Shown piece after piece: positions 52,850 through 64,000 of a stretch of 64,000 nt of DNA. A program made the position numbers and the translations under genes. Origin of the DNA: Octopus sinensis (taxonomy: Eukaryota). Positions within the stretch are counted from its first letter, which is position 1. Every line of letters begins with the position of its first letter. Under the pieces are notes generated by a model. That model searched no databases, was not told the DNA's origin, and was given only the letters and a program-made list of their open reading frames with translations. The DNA lies in NCBI RefSeq assembly GCF_006345805.1, contig NW_021832712.1, forward strand, positions 1 through 64,000, given 5' to 3'.

Positions 52850-53975
52850 TAGGGAGAGAGAGAAGCGCAGCAGAGAAGCACCAGGCAAAAAAGGAACACG
52901 CAAAAAAGAACGGGCAAATCTGTGAAGTTGAGCATAAACAGTTTTAATTAATTACCTTAGCTGAGCTTTCTTGTCTTCAGCTTCTTTTTACCTCCTTGGT
53001 TATCTATTGATAAAATATTTGAATAAAAAAGATTGGAAAAGAGCATACTAAAATACAAAATTTCATCTTAACGAAAAACTAATAAATAGTTAAGTCAATT
53101 TGTTATGATTTTGCTAATGTGAAAGTTTTTTAAATCTTTGGACTCCACATTCTTCTCATCAATAAACCCGAAGGTCAGAACTTTCGAAGTTTGGAATTTC
53201 TGCTTGGAATTTATCTCCAATATCAATATCTCTCTTCCACTTCGTACTAGATTCAGATATCTTATTGGGTCTAAATGCTATGGAAAACCTTAGAGTTTAT
53301 TTAAATCAGTTTTATGAGAGGGACCTTAGGAACTTAGTTGGAAGGAATTACCACAAGAGAAGTATTGGCATATTGTTTGATAAAAATAGATATATGATTG
53401 GAGACTGATTTCTTGATGTATAGGGTATTTTATTAAAATTATAGACAGGTTAATTAAACTATGGGGCTAAAATTGTAGAGTACTTAGGAAATGATTCGTA
53501 GGAAAAAAATTAGCTGTCTAATAAAAAAATTATTTTTGAAAATTGTTCACTTTCAATAGAATCTATGCTTGGTCCAAATTTTAAAGACAAATCTGTTAAT
53601 CTGTTAATTGCAGCCTATTCAAGGTCGTGTAATCTGTTAATTACACACTCTGTCAAGGTCAATTTGATAACACCTTTAATTCATTAATTTTGAGAATTTT
53701 AATGTTAAAAAAATTTTGATTCATAGTTGATAATTGATGGCATTTAATTTTAAAGAGAAAATCTGGAAGGTTTTAATCGACCTCATCATGCGTTTCGAGG
53801 ATATTCACGTTGTTCATTTTAACCAAAATGGAGAAAATTGTTTTTTTCGCGGGAAGTTTTTAAGGACTTTATCATGTGAGTCGACGAGATCTGGTTGTTC
53901 ATTTTAACCAACATTCGGAAAATATTTTTTTACGTTTTTGGCTGGAAGGTTTAAAGTACCGCATCATGTAAGTCA
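52850..53975 (-). mobile_element. Degenerate Helitron-like copy 3 containing two duplicated host fragments
   Basis: 52850-53137 resembles ~670-1350 and 53589-53975 resembles ~1350-1900, including about 3 diverged 95-bp units. Between them lie copies of 52153-52279 and 56242-56582. Confidence 0.7.
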
Positions 53976-53989
53976 AGAACATCACCCTA

Positions 53990-55130
53990 CTGTCGAATGG
54001 CGTGGTGTGTTGTGCTATAATCGTGATATTGCTTAAAACCTGTTTGGTTGCTCGTAGCGCATGGTTGCTCACAGTGCCCGTTACACTATGCAGCATGAAA
54101 TCGATCAAGAAGGCACGAGTTTCTTTCCGACAGTCAGGAGAGTTTCTACTGAATTTCAAAGTCGAAAAAGATATAGAAAACTTTCGAAATGAATTACAGG
54201 AAAGCAACAATTTTGGGGAGGAAGGCCATTCTTTCAAAAATAAGAAATTCGGGTCAATGACAGTAATTCTAAAGAATGTCTCAACTTGATCGAAATTGAG
54301 GGACTCAAGACTGATCACGGAGCCTATCATTAAAATGGTAACTTCTGATCACGGAGAAGCGCAACCGTTCGAATGTGAAGGCAGATGGTACAGAAAACCG
54401 GAAGTTCAGTGCTATCAATGCAAAGGTTTTGGCTACATTGCACGCTTCTGTAAAAATCATTTTTTTCGGGCACACATGCTGGAACATTTTGCCAGGATTC
54501 TAACATGAAAAATTGTCAACTACACTTCTCCAAGCCACTTGGGAAATTATCGGGGCTGTGAGAAAGCTAAAGAACCTTCAAAGCTGAAATTGGAGAATAT
54601 TGGTGCAGAAACTGTTAAAAGAAACTTCGGAGAATGCCAAAATCAATCTAAAAAAATGCAGCATTGAAGCCATGGGCAGGATAGAACGTTCCAAGAGTTA
54701 GGAAAACAGCTCAAGTTTGAATGCCGACAGAGGAAACGACTATATCTCACTCGGCTGTGCAGACTTTGTCGATTTAAGGAGCCGCGTCAATGACGGATCA
54801 ACTTCGAGCTGATTTAACGAGACGAACATAAAGAAGTCTGGAAGTATCCTTATTCCCGGATACAGCTCAATTGATATTCCTTGGCATCCTGGTGTTAACG
54901 CTGGCACAGGAACATCAATATTTTACAAAAAGTCTATTGATATTCGGAATCTAATAATAATTGAACAAAATTCATGTGAAACAACATCCATTAATTTAAA
55001 ACTTCTATTGGATGGATAACTGTTGAATGTATATACTCCAAAAGGTTGAAAGACTATTTCTGATTGTCAAAAATTTTGTGGAAGGAAATGAAAATCCAAT
55101 TCTGTTGGAGTCTTAAATGGAAATTGTTTA
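53990..55130 (+). mobile_element. Non-LTR element remnant: gag-like ORF1 zinc knuckles and AP endonuclease start
   Basis: VQCYQCKGFGYIARFCKN, followed by GNYRGCEKAKE and GTGTSIFYKKSI...NVYTP-like APE motifs. Degraded. Confidence 0.6.
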
Positions 55131-55139
55131 TTTGAGATT

Positions 55140-56900
55140 AAATTTTTTTTTATTTTAACATCTGAAGAGCTTAACCATTTTCAGCAGCAAAGTGTTGATC
55201 GATTAGGATTGTTTATTGTTGAAAATATCGTAAGTAATTTTTGTGACCGGTCTTATATTGTAAATGAAGTGGGGAGTGACTATTTTCTATAAAAGATGAA
55301 ATTACAAACGGGAACAGTTCTCATTGGGAATGTATTTCTTGGTTATAATCTTAGCAACATTAATCCCAGGCATTTCTATTTTTATGTCTATAAAATGGAC
55401 AAATACTTTTAAAATGGCAGAGAGATCAAACTTAAGTCCAGTGAAGGGAATTGATTTCAAGAGAAGAAGTAACTAAGAAGTTAAAAGAGCAGCTTGCTAG
55501 AATTCAAGAAGTGGATTTTTTTTGGTGATTTCACTGACTATACAAAATGATATGTGTATTTGTAAATCACTATTGTTTACGGAGGGATCGTTATGTGGAG
55601 TTATTTCTATGGATTGCAAATCAATATCATGGAAAACAAATCATTGTCATATCGAAAAATTGCTTAATGGTATCCTTATCTTTTTAAAAAAAGTATTGTT
55701 TGCTGGATTGGCAGAATAGAAGGAAACCTGATCCTTGTGTTAACACTGGAGTTATTAAACCTCCTTTATTTTAGTAACGAGTTTGTTTTATCTTCTCGAC
55801 TTTTTATCATTTTAGATACACAAATTTGAAATCTGATCTGTAAAGCGCATTTTAGATCAAACATATAACCTAAGAACTTTTTTTTGAATATGTAAAGAAT
55901 ATAATTGGATCTTTTTGAAAATATAATGGACTGGGTATCACAAATCTCGGAAATAGGGTTCATAAACCTGCGATTTTTGACATAATAGACTTGTTTTGCA
56001 TAGTATTTTAATACTTAAAGGCTTTATAGAGTTTATATATTCAAACGAATACTAACTCGTATGAAACTAAAGAATATTTAAATATATAGTGATACATCTT
56101 AATCGCCTTTATAAATTAGCCTCTTTTAGAAATCTTATTTTATGGAAATTAGCACAAATAAGTCGTGTTCTTAACGTGATAGTGGAGGGGTATGCAAAAT
56201 ATTGACTTACATGGATGCTGAAAAAATTTTCTAGTTACATCATTGGGGTCTAAATTGCTTATGGAAACACCTTAGAGTTTATTTAAAATCAGTTTGATGA
56301 GAGGGACCTTTAGGAACTTAGTTTGGAAGGAAGTTACCACGAGAGAAGTATCCAATATTATTTGATAAAATTAGACAATGGGATTGGAGACTGATTTTCT
56401 TGATTATAGGGTATTCTATTTAATTTATAGTCAGGTTAATTAAAACTATGTGGCTAAATTTGAATGATAGAAACATTCAGATATAGAGTACTATTAGGAA
56501 ATGATTCTAGGAAAAAAATTTAGCTGTCTACTAAAAAAATTATTTTTGAAAATTGTTCACTTTCAATAAAATATATGCTTGGAATTCAAATAAAGATCAA
56601 ATATTTTTTGCTTGATAAAGAAAATTATAACAAAGTAGTGACTTTAAGGTAAGATGTCGTTACTGGTTTTTCTATATTTGTAGTGTCGTTTGGTAAAGAA
56701 TTTTTTTCCATTAACATTTCAAGCTGAGCATCCAACTATATAGTTAATAAAAATACAGGCAACTTCTGCTTTAGAAAATGGATATGAATATTCAGGGTCT
56801 AAATCTTGATCAGAAAAAGATGACTCTGAAAATGTTTTTTTCTTGCAACAAAGACAGTTACCCTGAGAATTAAAAATTAACAATCATCACCATAAAACTA
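55140..56900 (+). CDS. Unresolved multi-exon coding-like region
   Basis: Open purine-rich stretches with GT..AG micro-intron candidates (for example GTATTCTATTTAATTTATAG at ~56411). The frame cannot be rebuilt and no family was recognised. Confidence 0.25.
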
Positions 56901-57070
56901 TCTAGCTACGCTGTGACAGAAATTGTAAAATATTTTAATTCGTTATAATTTCGGAAATTATCCTAATTAGGAAACAATGAACAATCTCTCACAGTTTTTA
57001 ATCTTTTTTATCATTAAATTAAACTGATTGTTTTTTGGTTATAGTTTTTAAACTATTTTACAGCTTCTTA

Positions 57071-60000
57071 TCTTAATAATAAAATGGTATGGTGTGTGTC
57101 TGTCTGTCTGTCTGTCTGTGTGTCTGTCTGTGTGTCTGTCTGTCTGTCTGTGTGTGCACACCAACTTCAAATTGGCAATACGATGTCCTCGACTTACATG
57201 ATGAGGTCCTTAAAACCTTCCCCCCAAAAAAAATTAAAAAAAATTTTTCTGCGTTTTGGTCAAAATGAACAACTACGATGTCCTCGACTTACATGATGAG
57301 GTCCTTAAAACCTTCCCCCCCCAAAAAAAATTAAAAAAAAAATTTTCTGCATTTTGGTTAAAATGAACAACTACGATGTCCTCGACTTACATGATGAGGT
57401 CCTTAAAACCTTCCCCCCCAAAAAATTAAAAAAAAATTTTCTGCATTTTGGTTAAAATGAATAACTACGATGTCCTCGACTTACATGATGAGGTCCTTAA
57501 AACCTTCCCCCCAAAAAAAATTAAAAAAAAATTTTCTGCATTTTGGTTAAAATGAACAACTACGATGTCCTCGACTTACATGATGAGGTCCTTAAAACCT
57601 TCCCCCCAAAAAAATTAAAAAAAATTTTCTGCATTTTGGTTAAAATGAACAACTACGATGTCCTCGACTTACATGATGAGGTCCTTAAAACCTTCCCCCC
57701 AAAAAAATTAAAAAAAAATTTTTCTGCATTTTGGTTAAAATGAACAACTACGATGTCCTCGACTTACATGATGAGGTCCTTAAAACTTCCCCCCCAAAAA
57801 AATTAAAAAAAAATTTTCTGCATTTTGGTTAAAATGAACAACTACGATGTCCTCGACTTACATGATGAGGTCCTTAAAACCTTCCCCCCCAAAAAATTAA
57901 AAAAAAAATTTTCTGCATTTTGGTTAAAATGAACAACTACGATGTCCTCGACTTACATGATGAGGTCCTTAAAACCTTCCCCCCAAAAAAATTAAAAAAA
58001 AAATTTTCTGCATTTTGGTTAAAATGAATAACTACGATGTCCTCGACTTACATGATGAGGTCCTTAAAACCTTCCCCCCAAAAAAAATTAAAAAAAAATT
58101 TTCTGCATTTTGGTTAGAATGAACAACTACAATGTCCTCGACTTACATGATGAGGTCCTTAAAACCTTCCCCCCCCAAAAAAAATTAAAAAAAAATTTTC
58201 TGCATTTTGGTTAAATGAACAACTACGATGTCCTCGACTTACATGATGAGGCCTTAAAACCTTCCCCCCAAAAAATTAAAAAAAAAAAATTTTCTGCATT
58301 TTGTTAGAATGAACAACTACAATGTCCTCGACTTACTGATGAGGTCCTTAAAACCTTCCCCCCCAAAAAAATTTAAAAAAAAAATTTCTGCATTTTGGTT
58401 AAAATGAACAACTACGATGTCCTCGACTTACATGATGAGGTCCTTAAAACCTTCCCCCCCAAAAAAAATTAAAAAAAAATTTCTGCATTTTGGTTAAAAT
58501 GAACAACTACAATGTCCTCGACTTACATGATGAAGTCCTTAAAACCTTCCCCCCAAAAAAAAATTAAAAAAAAATTTTCTGCATTTTGGTTAAAATGAAC
58601 AACTACGATGTCCTCGACTTACATGATGAAGTCCTTAAAACCTTCCCCCCAAAAAAAAATAAAAAAAATTTTCTGCATTTTGGTTAAATGAACAACTACG
58701 ATGTCCTCGACTTACATGATGAGGTCCTTAAAACCTTCCCCCCAAAAAAATTAAAAAAAAATTTTCTGCATTTTGGTTAAAATGAACAACTACAATGTCA
58801 TCGACTTACATGATGAAGTCCTTAAAACCTTCCCCCCAAAAAAAATTTAAAAAAAATTTCTGCATTTTGGTTAAAATGAACAACTACGATGTCCTCGACT
58901 TACATGATGAAGTCCTTAAAACCTTCCCCCCAAAAAAAATTTAAAAAAAAATTTCTGCATTTTGGTTAAAATGAACAACTACGATGTCCTCGACTTACAT
59001 GATGAGGTCCATTAAAACCTTCGAGGCAAAAATCTCACGTATTAAGAATATCCTTGATGAAAACGACAGCGAGAATATTAACAATGATGAACTCCCAATT
59101 ATTCGTAATAAAGAAATTCAATTCATCCTATGATTTTCTCTTTAAATTAAATGCATATATCATTATCGACCATGAATCAAATTTAAAGCTATTATCATAT
59201 TTGACTTTGACAGAATGTGCAATCACAGATTGCACGACTTTGAATAGAGTGTGCAATTAACAGATTTTGAAAAACCACTTTGATAGTTGAAACCACATTA
59301 GCACAATCATTAACACAATTTACCACAAATTGACGCACGACCTTGAATAGAGTGTGCAATTAACAGATTTTGAAAAACACTTTGATAGTTGAAACCACAT
59401 TAGCACAATCATTAACACAATTTACCACCAATTGACAGCGCAATCAGAAGAATTTGCGTAAAATATTAACTATTTAGTTAAGTTTTTCGTAAAGATAGAA
59501 TTTATTTTCGGTATGCCTCTTTTCCTAAACTTTTTTATTATTCAAAAATAATTTTTTCAATAGATAACCGAAGGAGGGAAGACGACCTTAAGAAAAGAAG
59601 TTTTTCGTAAAGATAGAATTTATTTTCTGTATGCCTCTTTTTTCCTAATATTTTTTATTATTCAAAAATAATTTTTTAAATAGATAACCGAAGGAGGAAA
59701 AACGAAGCTAAAGAAAAAACGGTCAGCTTAAGGTAATTAATTAAATCTTTTCTGTGTGTCGCTTTTTTGGCTGCTGCTACTCCGCCTGCCCCATTTCCGC
59801 CAGTGGTTTGTCTAATCAAGGTCACTAAGCTAAATCTCCGACTATAAAGGCTCTTAAGCTTATCTTACTTGGCTGTTAAAAAAATTAGACAGTTGTTGCC
59901 GTGGCGGCAGAGATTTTTTTTGTTTATACTTTTTACAAATTTTTAAAGTTTTTTTATTTTTTTGTTTTTAATTATTTATTTTTATTGTCATATATGCCAA

Positions 60001-60161
60001 GGAAGGACGGACGACAAACATCGTTTATCAACACAGGCGATAGTATAGGGTTACATTAAACCAGGTAGTTTTATACATCTACATAAACTTATAGTTGTTT
60101 GATGAAACAGGCCCTCCGCAGGAGCTAGGTCGCGTGAGCGAAAAAACGACTGCCGAGCTAG
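57071..60161 (+). mobile_element. Non-autonomous Helitron-like element, copy 2, both ends present (~3.09 kb)
   Basis: 5' A|TC and a (CTGT)n microsatellite. 3' end has a GC-rich imperfect hairpin (GTCG-CGTGAGCG-AAAAAA-CGAC), then CTAG|T. This gives an A|T target without TSD. No Rep/helicase coding sequence. Confidence 0.8.
57182..59010 (+). repeat. ~95-bp tandem array, about 19.5 units
   Basis: 20 starts of (G/A)ATGTC(C/A)TCGACTTAC between 57182 and 58983, mean period about 95. Confidence 0.97.
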
Positions 60162-60363
60162 TAAATGAATAAAACTGTTTTACAGCTTCTCAAGAGATTT
60201 ACTTAAATGAATAAAACTGTTTTTTCTTTTGAAATAAACAAGATTCTGTTTTATAAGTAGATACAAAAATAAATTTTGATATCCTTATATTTACTTACAT
60301 TAAATACAGTAATTATTGATGCGAAATATTTTATTATTAAACGTAGTATCCAAGTAACATTTA

Positions 60364-63300
60364 ATGAAGAACACAGAAGATAATTCAAATTCTCAGATAA
60401 TTCATGAACTACAAAAAGGTATAAAAAGTCCAAATTAATAAAAGACGCTCCTTTAACATTTCAAAATCCAAGTCATTCCGATTTACGATGCTTCGTAGAG
60501 TTCTTTAAATTATTTGTTTTAAGGAACAAAACATCCTATCAATTATTAAGCCTACCGAAGAATTTTATAATTCTTTAAAAGAGACTGGATCTTTATCAAG
60601 AAAGGCACTGGATAGCTTGTTGACCAATGATTCGACTTCTTTTTTGGCTGCCTATACCAATTATGCCGGACTTTTGATTTTGACTAACTCAATTCCTCCA
60701 AAAGAAGTCGAAACGTTTCGTTATTTCATTAAAGTTCTGATTCCTCTCAAATGTTATAGCGTAATTCGACAACCGAAGCGACTAAATTTCATCATTTTTT
60801 TCAATATGGCTCGATTAGCGGCGATAGATTCAAGGCTCTTCATAATGTAATGAGTCGTATTTTTGCTCCAAAAATATTCAAAAGTCCCGAATGGCCAGAA
60901 AGTTTTTTCGAATTTTGAATTGGTAGGTATTCGAGATGAATTCCTGGCCAGTCTGAGCAAATTTATGGCCACACTCACTGAATCGAGGTACAAGAGAGAA
61001 AATAAGACAATTCTATATGTTCCCACGGAAGAGTTAAACCAAGAAGTAAACGTGGCGGCTAAAAACAAACCACTTGTCCAAAGATTTGAGAGTAAAACAT
61101 GAAAGCTAAATAATCAGTTGTCATGGTGCATTGGATTAAGCAAATAAAAGATGTTCTTAGTAAACAAGATTCTGCACAAGTGAACGACTTTCTCGGACCC
61201 CTAGAAGAAATTAATTTTTGGAAGAATAGGTTAGTAGCCCAAGATTGGGATATAATCAAGATGCAATGACTTGAGTGGGATTTCACAGCAATTGGAAAAC
61301 AGCGGAGTAAAAAAAATAACAGAGATTCTCGCAAGTGCAAAGTCGTCGTATGTAGGTACATTCAAAAAGCTTGCGACATATATAAAAGTAAAAAATACTT
61401 GTTTATTGCAGGACGGGACCAACGAGGCAGGAGACAATCTTAAATTTATGAATATTCTAAAAGAGCCATGCATTCTCCTGTCAGAGGCTAGTCCAGGAGA
61501 AATAAAAAATTGTTTGTCAAAAATAATCAATTTGATACGCATAATTTGGATTAATTCTTCGTTTTACAATACCAAGGAAAAGATCACTGGTCTTTTCAAA
61601 AGAGTAGCGACTAAAGTCTGATGTCAATTTAGTTGAGTAATGAAATAATCAAGAGATGTGTCCAGTCTGTCAACGTCAACCAAATTTTATCAGGATTCTC
61701 AGATACGGGAATAATCTCAATCGATGAGTGCATTAAATGTCTTGAAGAATGGAAAAAAATGTACGAAAAAGTAATTAATGAAATGTGACTAAATTAGGCT
61801 GTCGGTATCCATACTCTCTACTCCCGAACAGAGTGGGTACTTGATCAAACAACTATTTTTGCCCAAGCCGACGCCTTTATTCAAAGATGCAATGATCTCA
61901 GAGAAGTCTGAACATAAATTTACAAAATTAGATCTGCGTTGCTCAAAAACACTTTGGCCGTTGGATAGATGGACACAAAGAAGAGAGGCCTGTGTTCGGG
62001 GGACATTTAGGATTGGAAGTGAATAACAGTTTGGACGAAATAGAACATATTTTTGATCAAAAAATAAAAGAAATCCGTCAAGTCAATAAAATGATTTTGG
62101 ACGTGAAAGCCACCAACTGGCACGAACATTGCAATAAGTACTATTTTACATGAGAAATTCAGATTCAAAATGGCTGTAAAAGATATGGAAGTGATGATGC
62201 AAAATGTCATCAAAAAGGCATTCCTGACAGTCACCACTGTCGAAGAAGGAATCGAAGTAATTGACATCTTTATGTACCTGTATAACCGAGAGGTTTTAAA
62301 AACATCAAGTGATTGTAAACAGATTATTAGGAGAATCATCGACAAAAAGACAGTTGATATTTTTGCATTTTTTTCTGATGAAATTGAGTTGGTTAAAAGT
62401 GAGTTATCCAAAAAACTCGTTTTTGGATCTTACGAAGCTCCAGAATTCAGTGGCGCTGCACTCTGGATTAGACAACTCAAATTACGTCTTGACATGATAT
62501 ATAATGTTCTAAAATTTTTAAATATTTCAGAAATTGTCAAATGCGACCTTTTTACGTAAGATCGACAGTGCAGAAGAGTTTTATCAAAACTACGAAAATT
62601 TGATATTCGCGCTAAATGAGAATTTAAATAAACTTTACAGCAACTGGTCAGAAACGATCGACTATGTAAAATTCCAAATAAATATTAACTAGAAACCCCA
62701 CCGCTTCCTCAACCAAACAATCATGTGCCACTGCAGTGAAAGATCCGATCTCCTCTCAGCCAATTTTAGCTCTTCGATGAGAAAAATATTTCAGGAATGT
62801 TGGTATTGGGAGCGCATGGGAATGGAAATTCCCAATTTCTTGGCGGATCTGTATATTAAGAAAGATGAACTTTTAATGATACGAGAGAAAGTTTCATTGT
62901 CAGTACAGGAATACAATAGGTAAATTTAAATCAACTTAGACACAAGAATTGTTTTTGGTCTATCTAAGACAGAAAAAGGACTATTTTACGAAAAAGTGAG
63001 ACAACTTCAAAAGAAGATCCGTCCAGGAATGCAAAAAATAGATTGGACTAAAATTTCGACAATCGAATACTTTTTGGATGATATTCGAATCCATGTTAAA
63101 AAAGTTTATTTACATGAAAATTAAAAACATTATAGGTGCACAAGATGATTGACAATTTCAAATCTATGAACTTGGAGATTCTAAATTCAGCAAGTTTAAT
63201 AAGTCAGTCACTTCTGTTCTCCGTCGAAGATACAAAAATCTATGAAATTGATGAATTTATCAAACATCAAGTATTAATCAAATAAGAATGTGGCTAGAAA

Positions 63301-64000
63301 CACCATATTGCAAATACTGAGCTTACGATGCTGTCAAATTTTAAAAGGATTTTGTCAAGTCTGCAGAATGCGAAAACCACGTTAGTTGACGAAACAGTTA
63401 AAGTGCTTTGATTATATTTTATTTTATAAAGGACTCTTGGGTTACATATATTGAAAAAATCGACGCGGTAGTAGAAGAAGCATTCAGACTTAACATTAGA
63501 GGATCACTCCAAGAACTTAATAAACTTATAAACGGAAATGAAAAAACTGCAGCAAATCCACTATTCATCGTTAAAGTCGCTCTAGAAAAAGAAAAAGTAA
63601 AATTAAATATTCATCATTAGATAATATTCGACCCTTCGTTGGAAAGACTTTCTGAGGTCGTGACCTCCATTAAGCCAAAAATCATCGACATTCTCAAACG
63701 ATATAAAAGACTCAGTGTTCTTCTCAACTCGCATGATACCACAAAAATTGTTATTTCGCTAAAAAAGTCAAATTTAGTCGATAACTGAGCTTATCAGCGA
63801 CGATAGTGAAATAAACGAAATACAAAAAATTATCATCGACGGTTCCAACAAAGGATTCAAAGAAATGCAGAGCTATTTATCAACGTGGGACAATTTTAGA
63901 GAAATTTGGGAAATAAATAAACCAAAATTTATTACTCGATACAGAAAAGTAAAACCCGGAGTTGCAACTTTCGATTCTGATTTGGCAAGGTAATTTGTTG
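60364..64000 (+). CDS. DNAH2: Axonemal dynein heavy chain, DNAH2-like, N-terminal region (runs off the window)
   Basis: GPLEEINFWKNR|CNDLSGISQQL...AKSSYVGTFKKLA...LIRIIWINSSFYNTKEKITGLF, IFAQADAFIQRCNDLRE, ILDVKATNWH, KDMEVMMQNVI, PEFSGAALWIRQL. The start position is approximate. Confidence 0.88.

Noticed and set aside
57182-59010. CRISPR array
   Set aside because: Units are head-to-tail and near-identical with no unique spacers, no cas genes are present, and the context is eukaryotic.
57182-59010. Hammerhead ribozyme in the satellite unit (CATGATGAG, once CTGATGAG at ~58336)
   Set aside because: The consensus unit lacks CUGAUGA, and there is no stem II followed by GAAA. The single match looks like a 1-nt deletion.
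57051-60192. 20-bp target-site duplication of the Helitron-like element
   Set aside because: The downstream copy is offset 11 nt from the CTAG end and is part of a pre-existing short tandem repeat.
60364-64000. Stop-codon reassignment to explain fragmented ORFs
   Set aside because: The in-frame stops I examined fall inside short GT-AG segments whose removal restores homology, so no recoding is needed.

Overview
AT-rich nuclear DNA from a ciliated animal with a very compact gene structure. It is not prokaryotic. Introns I could resolve by protein homology are about 23-36 nt, which fits a dicyemid/orthonectid-type reduced genome (inference only). Recognisable host genes are RPA3, an ARL13-like GTPase, a compact spectraplakin (Shot/MACF1/dystonin type), USP39/Sad1, ECT2, a MARVEL-domain protein, a MIER-family ELM2-SANT protein, the 5' part of axonemal dynein DNAH2 and an intronless tRNA-Tyr(GTA). 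There are also a few orphan coding-like regions. Intergenic space is filled with TE debris: tRNA-derived SINEs, CRE-like, RTE-like and R4/NeSL-like non-LTR fragments, Tc1, pogo/Tigger, Ginger2/TDD integrase transposons and a foldback MITE. The most striking structure is a non-autonomous Helitron-like family present three times (683-2370 minus, about 52850-53975 minus, 57071-60161 plus). It is built from nested tandem-repeat modules that expand independently in different copies. Its 95-bp satellite unit carries a complete donor/branch/acceptor set plus an Sm-like site on one strand, and one copy contains two fragments duplicated from neighbouring host sequence. Homopolymer variation and isolated frameshifts suggest some indel error in the assembly, so exact frames and boundaries are approximate. 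Protein identifications come from remembered family motifs, not database searches.
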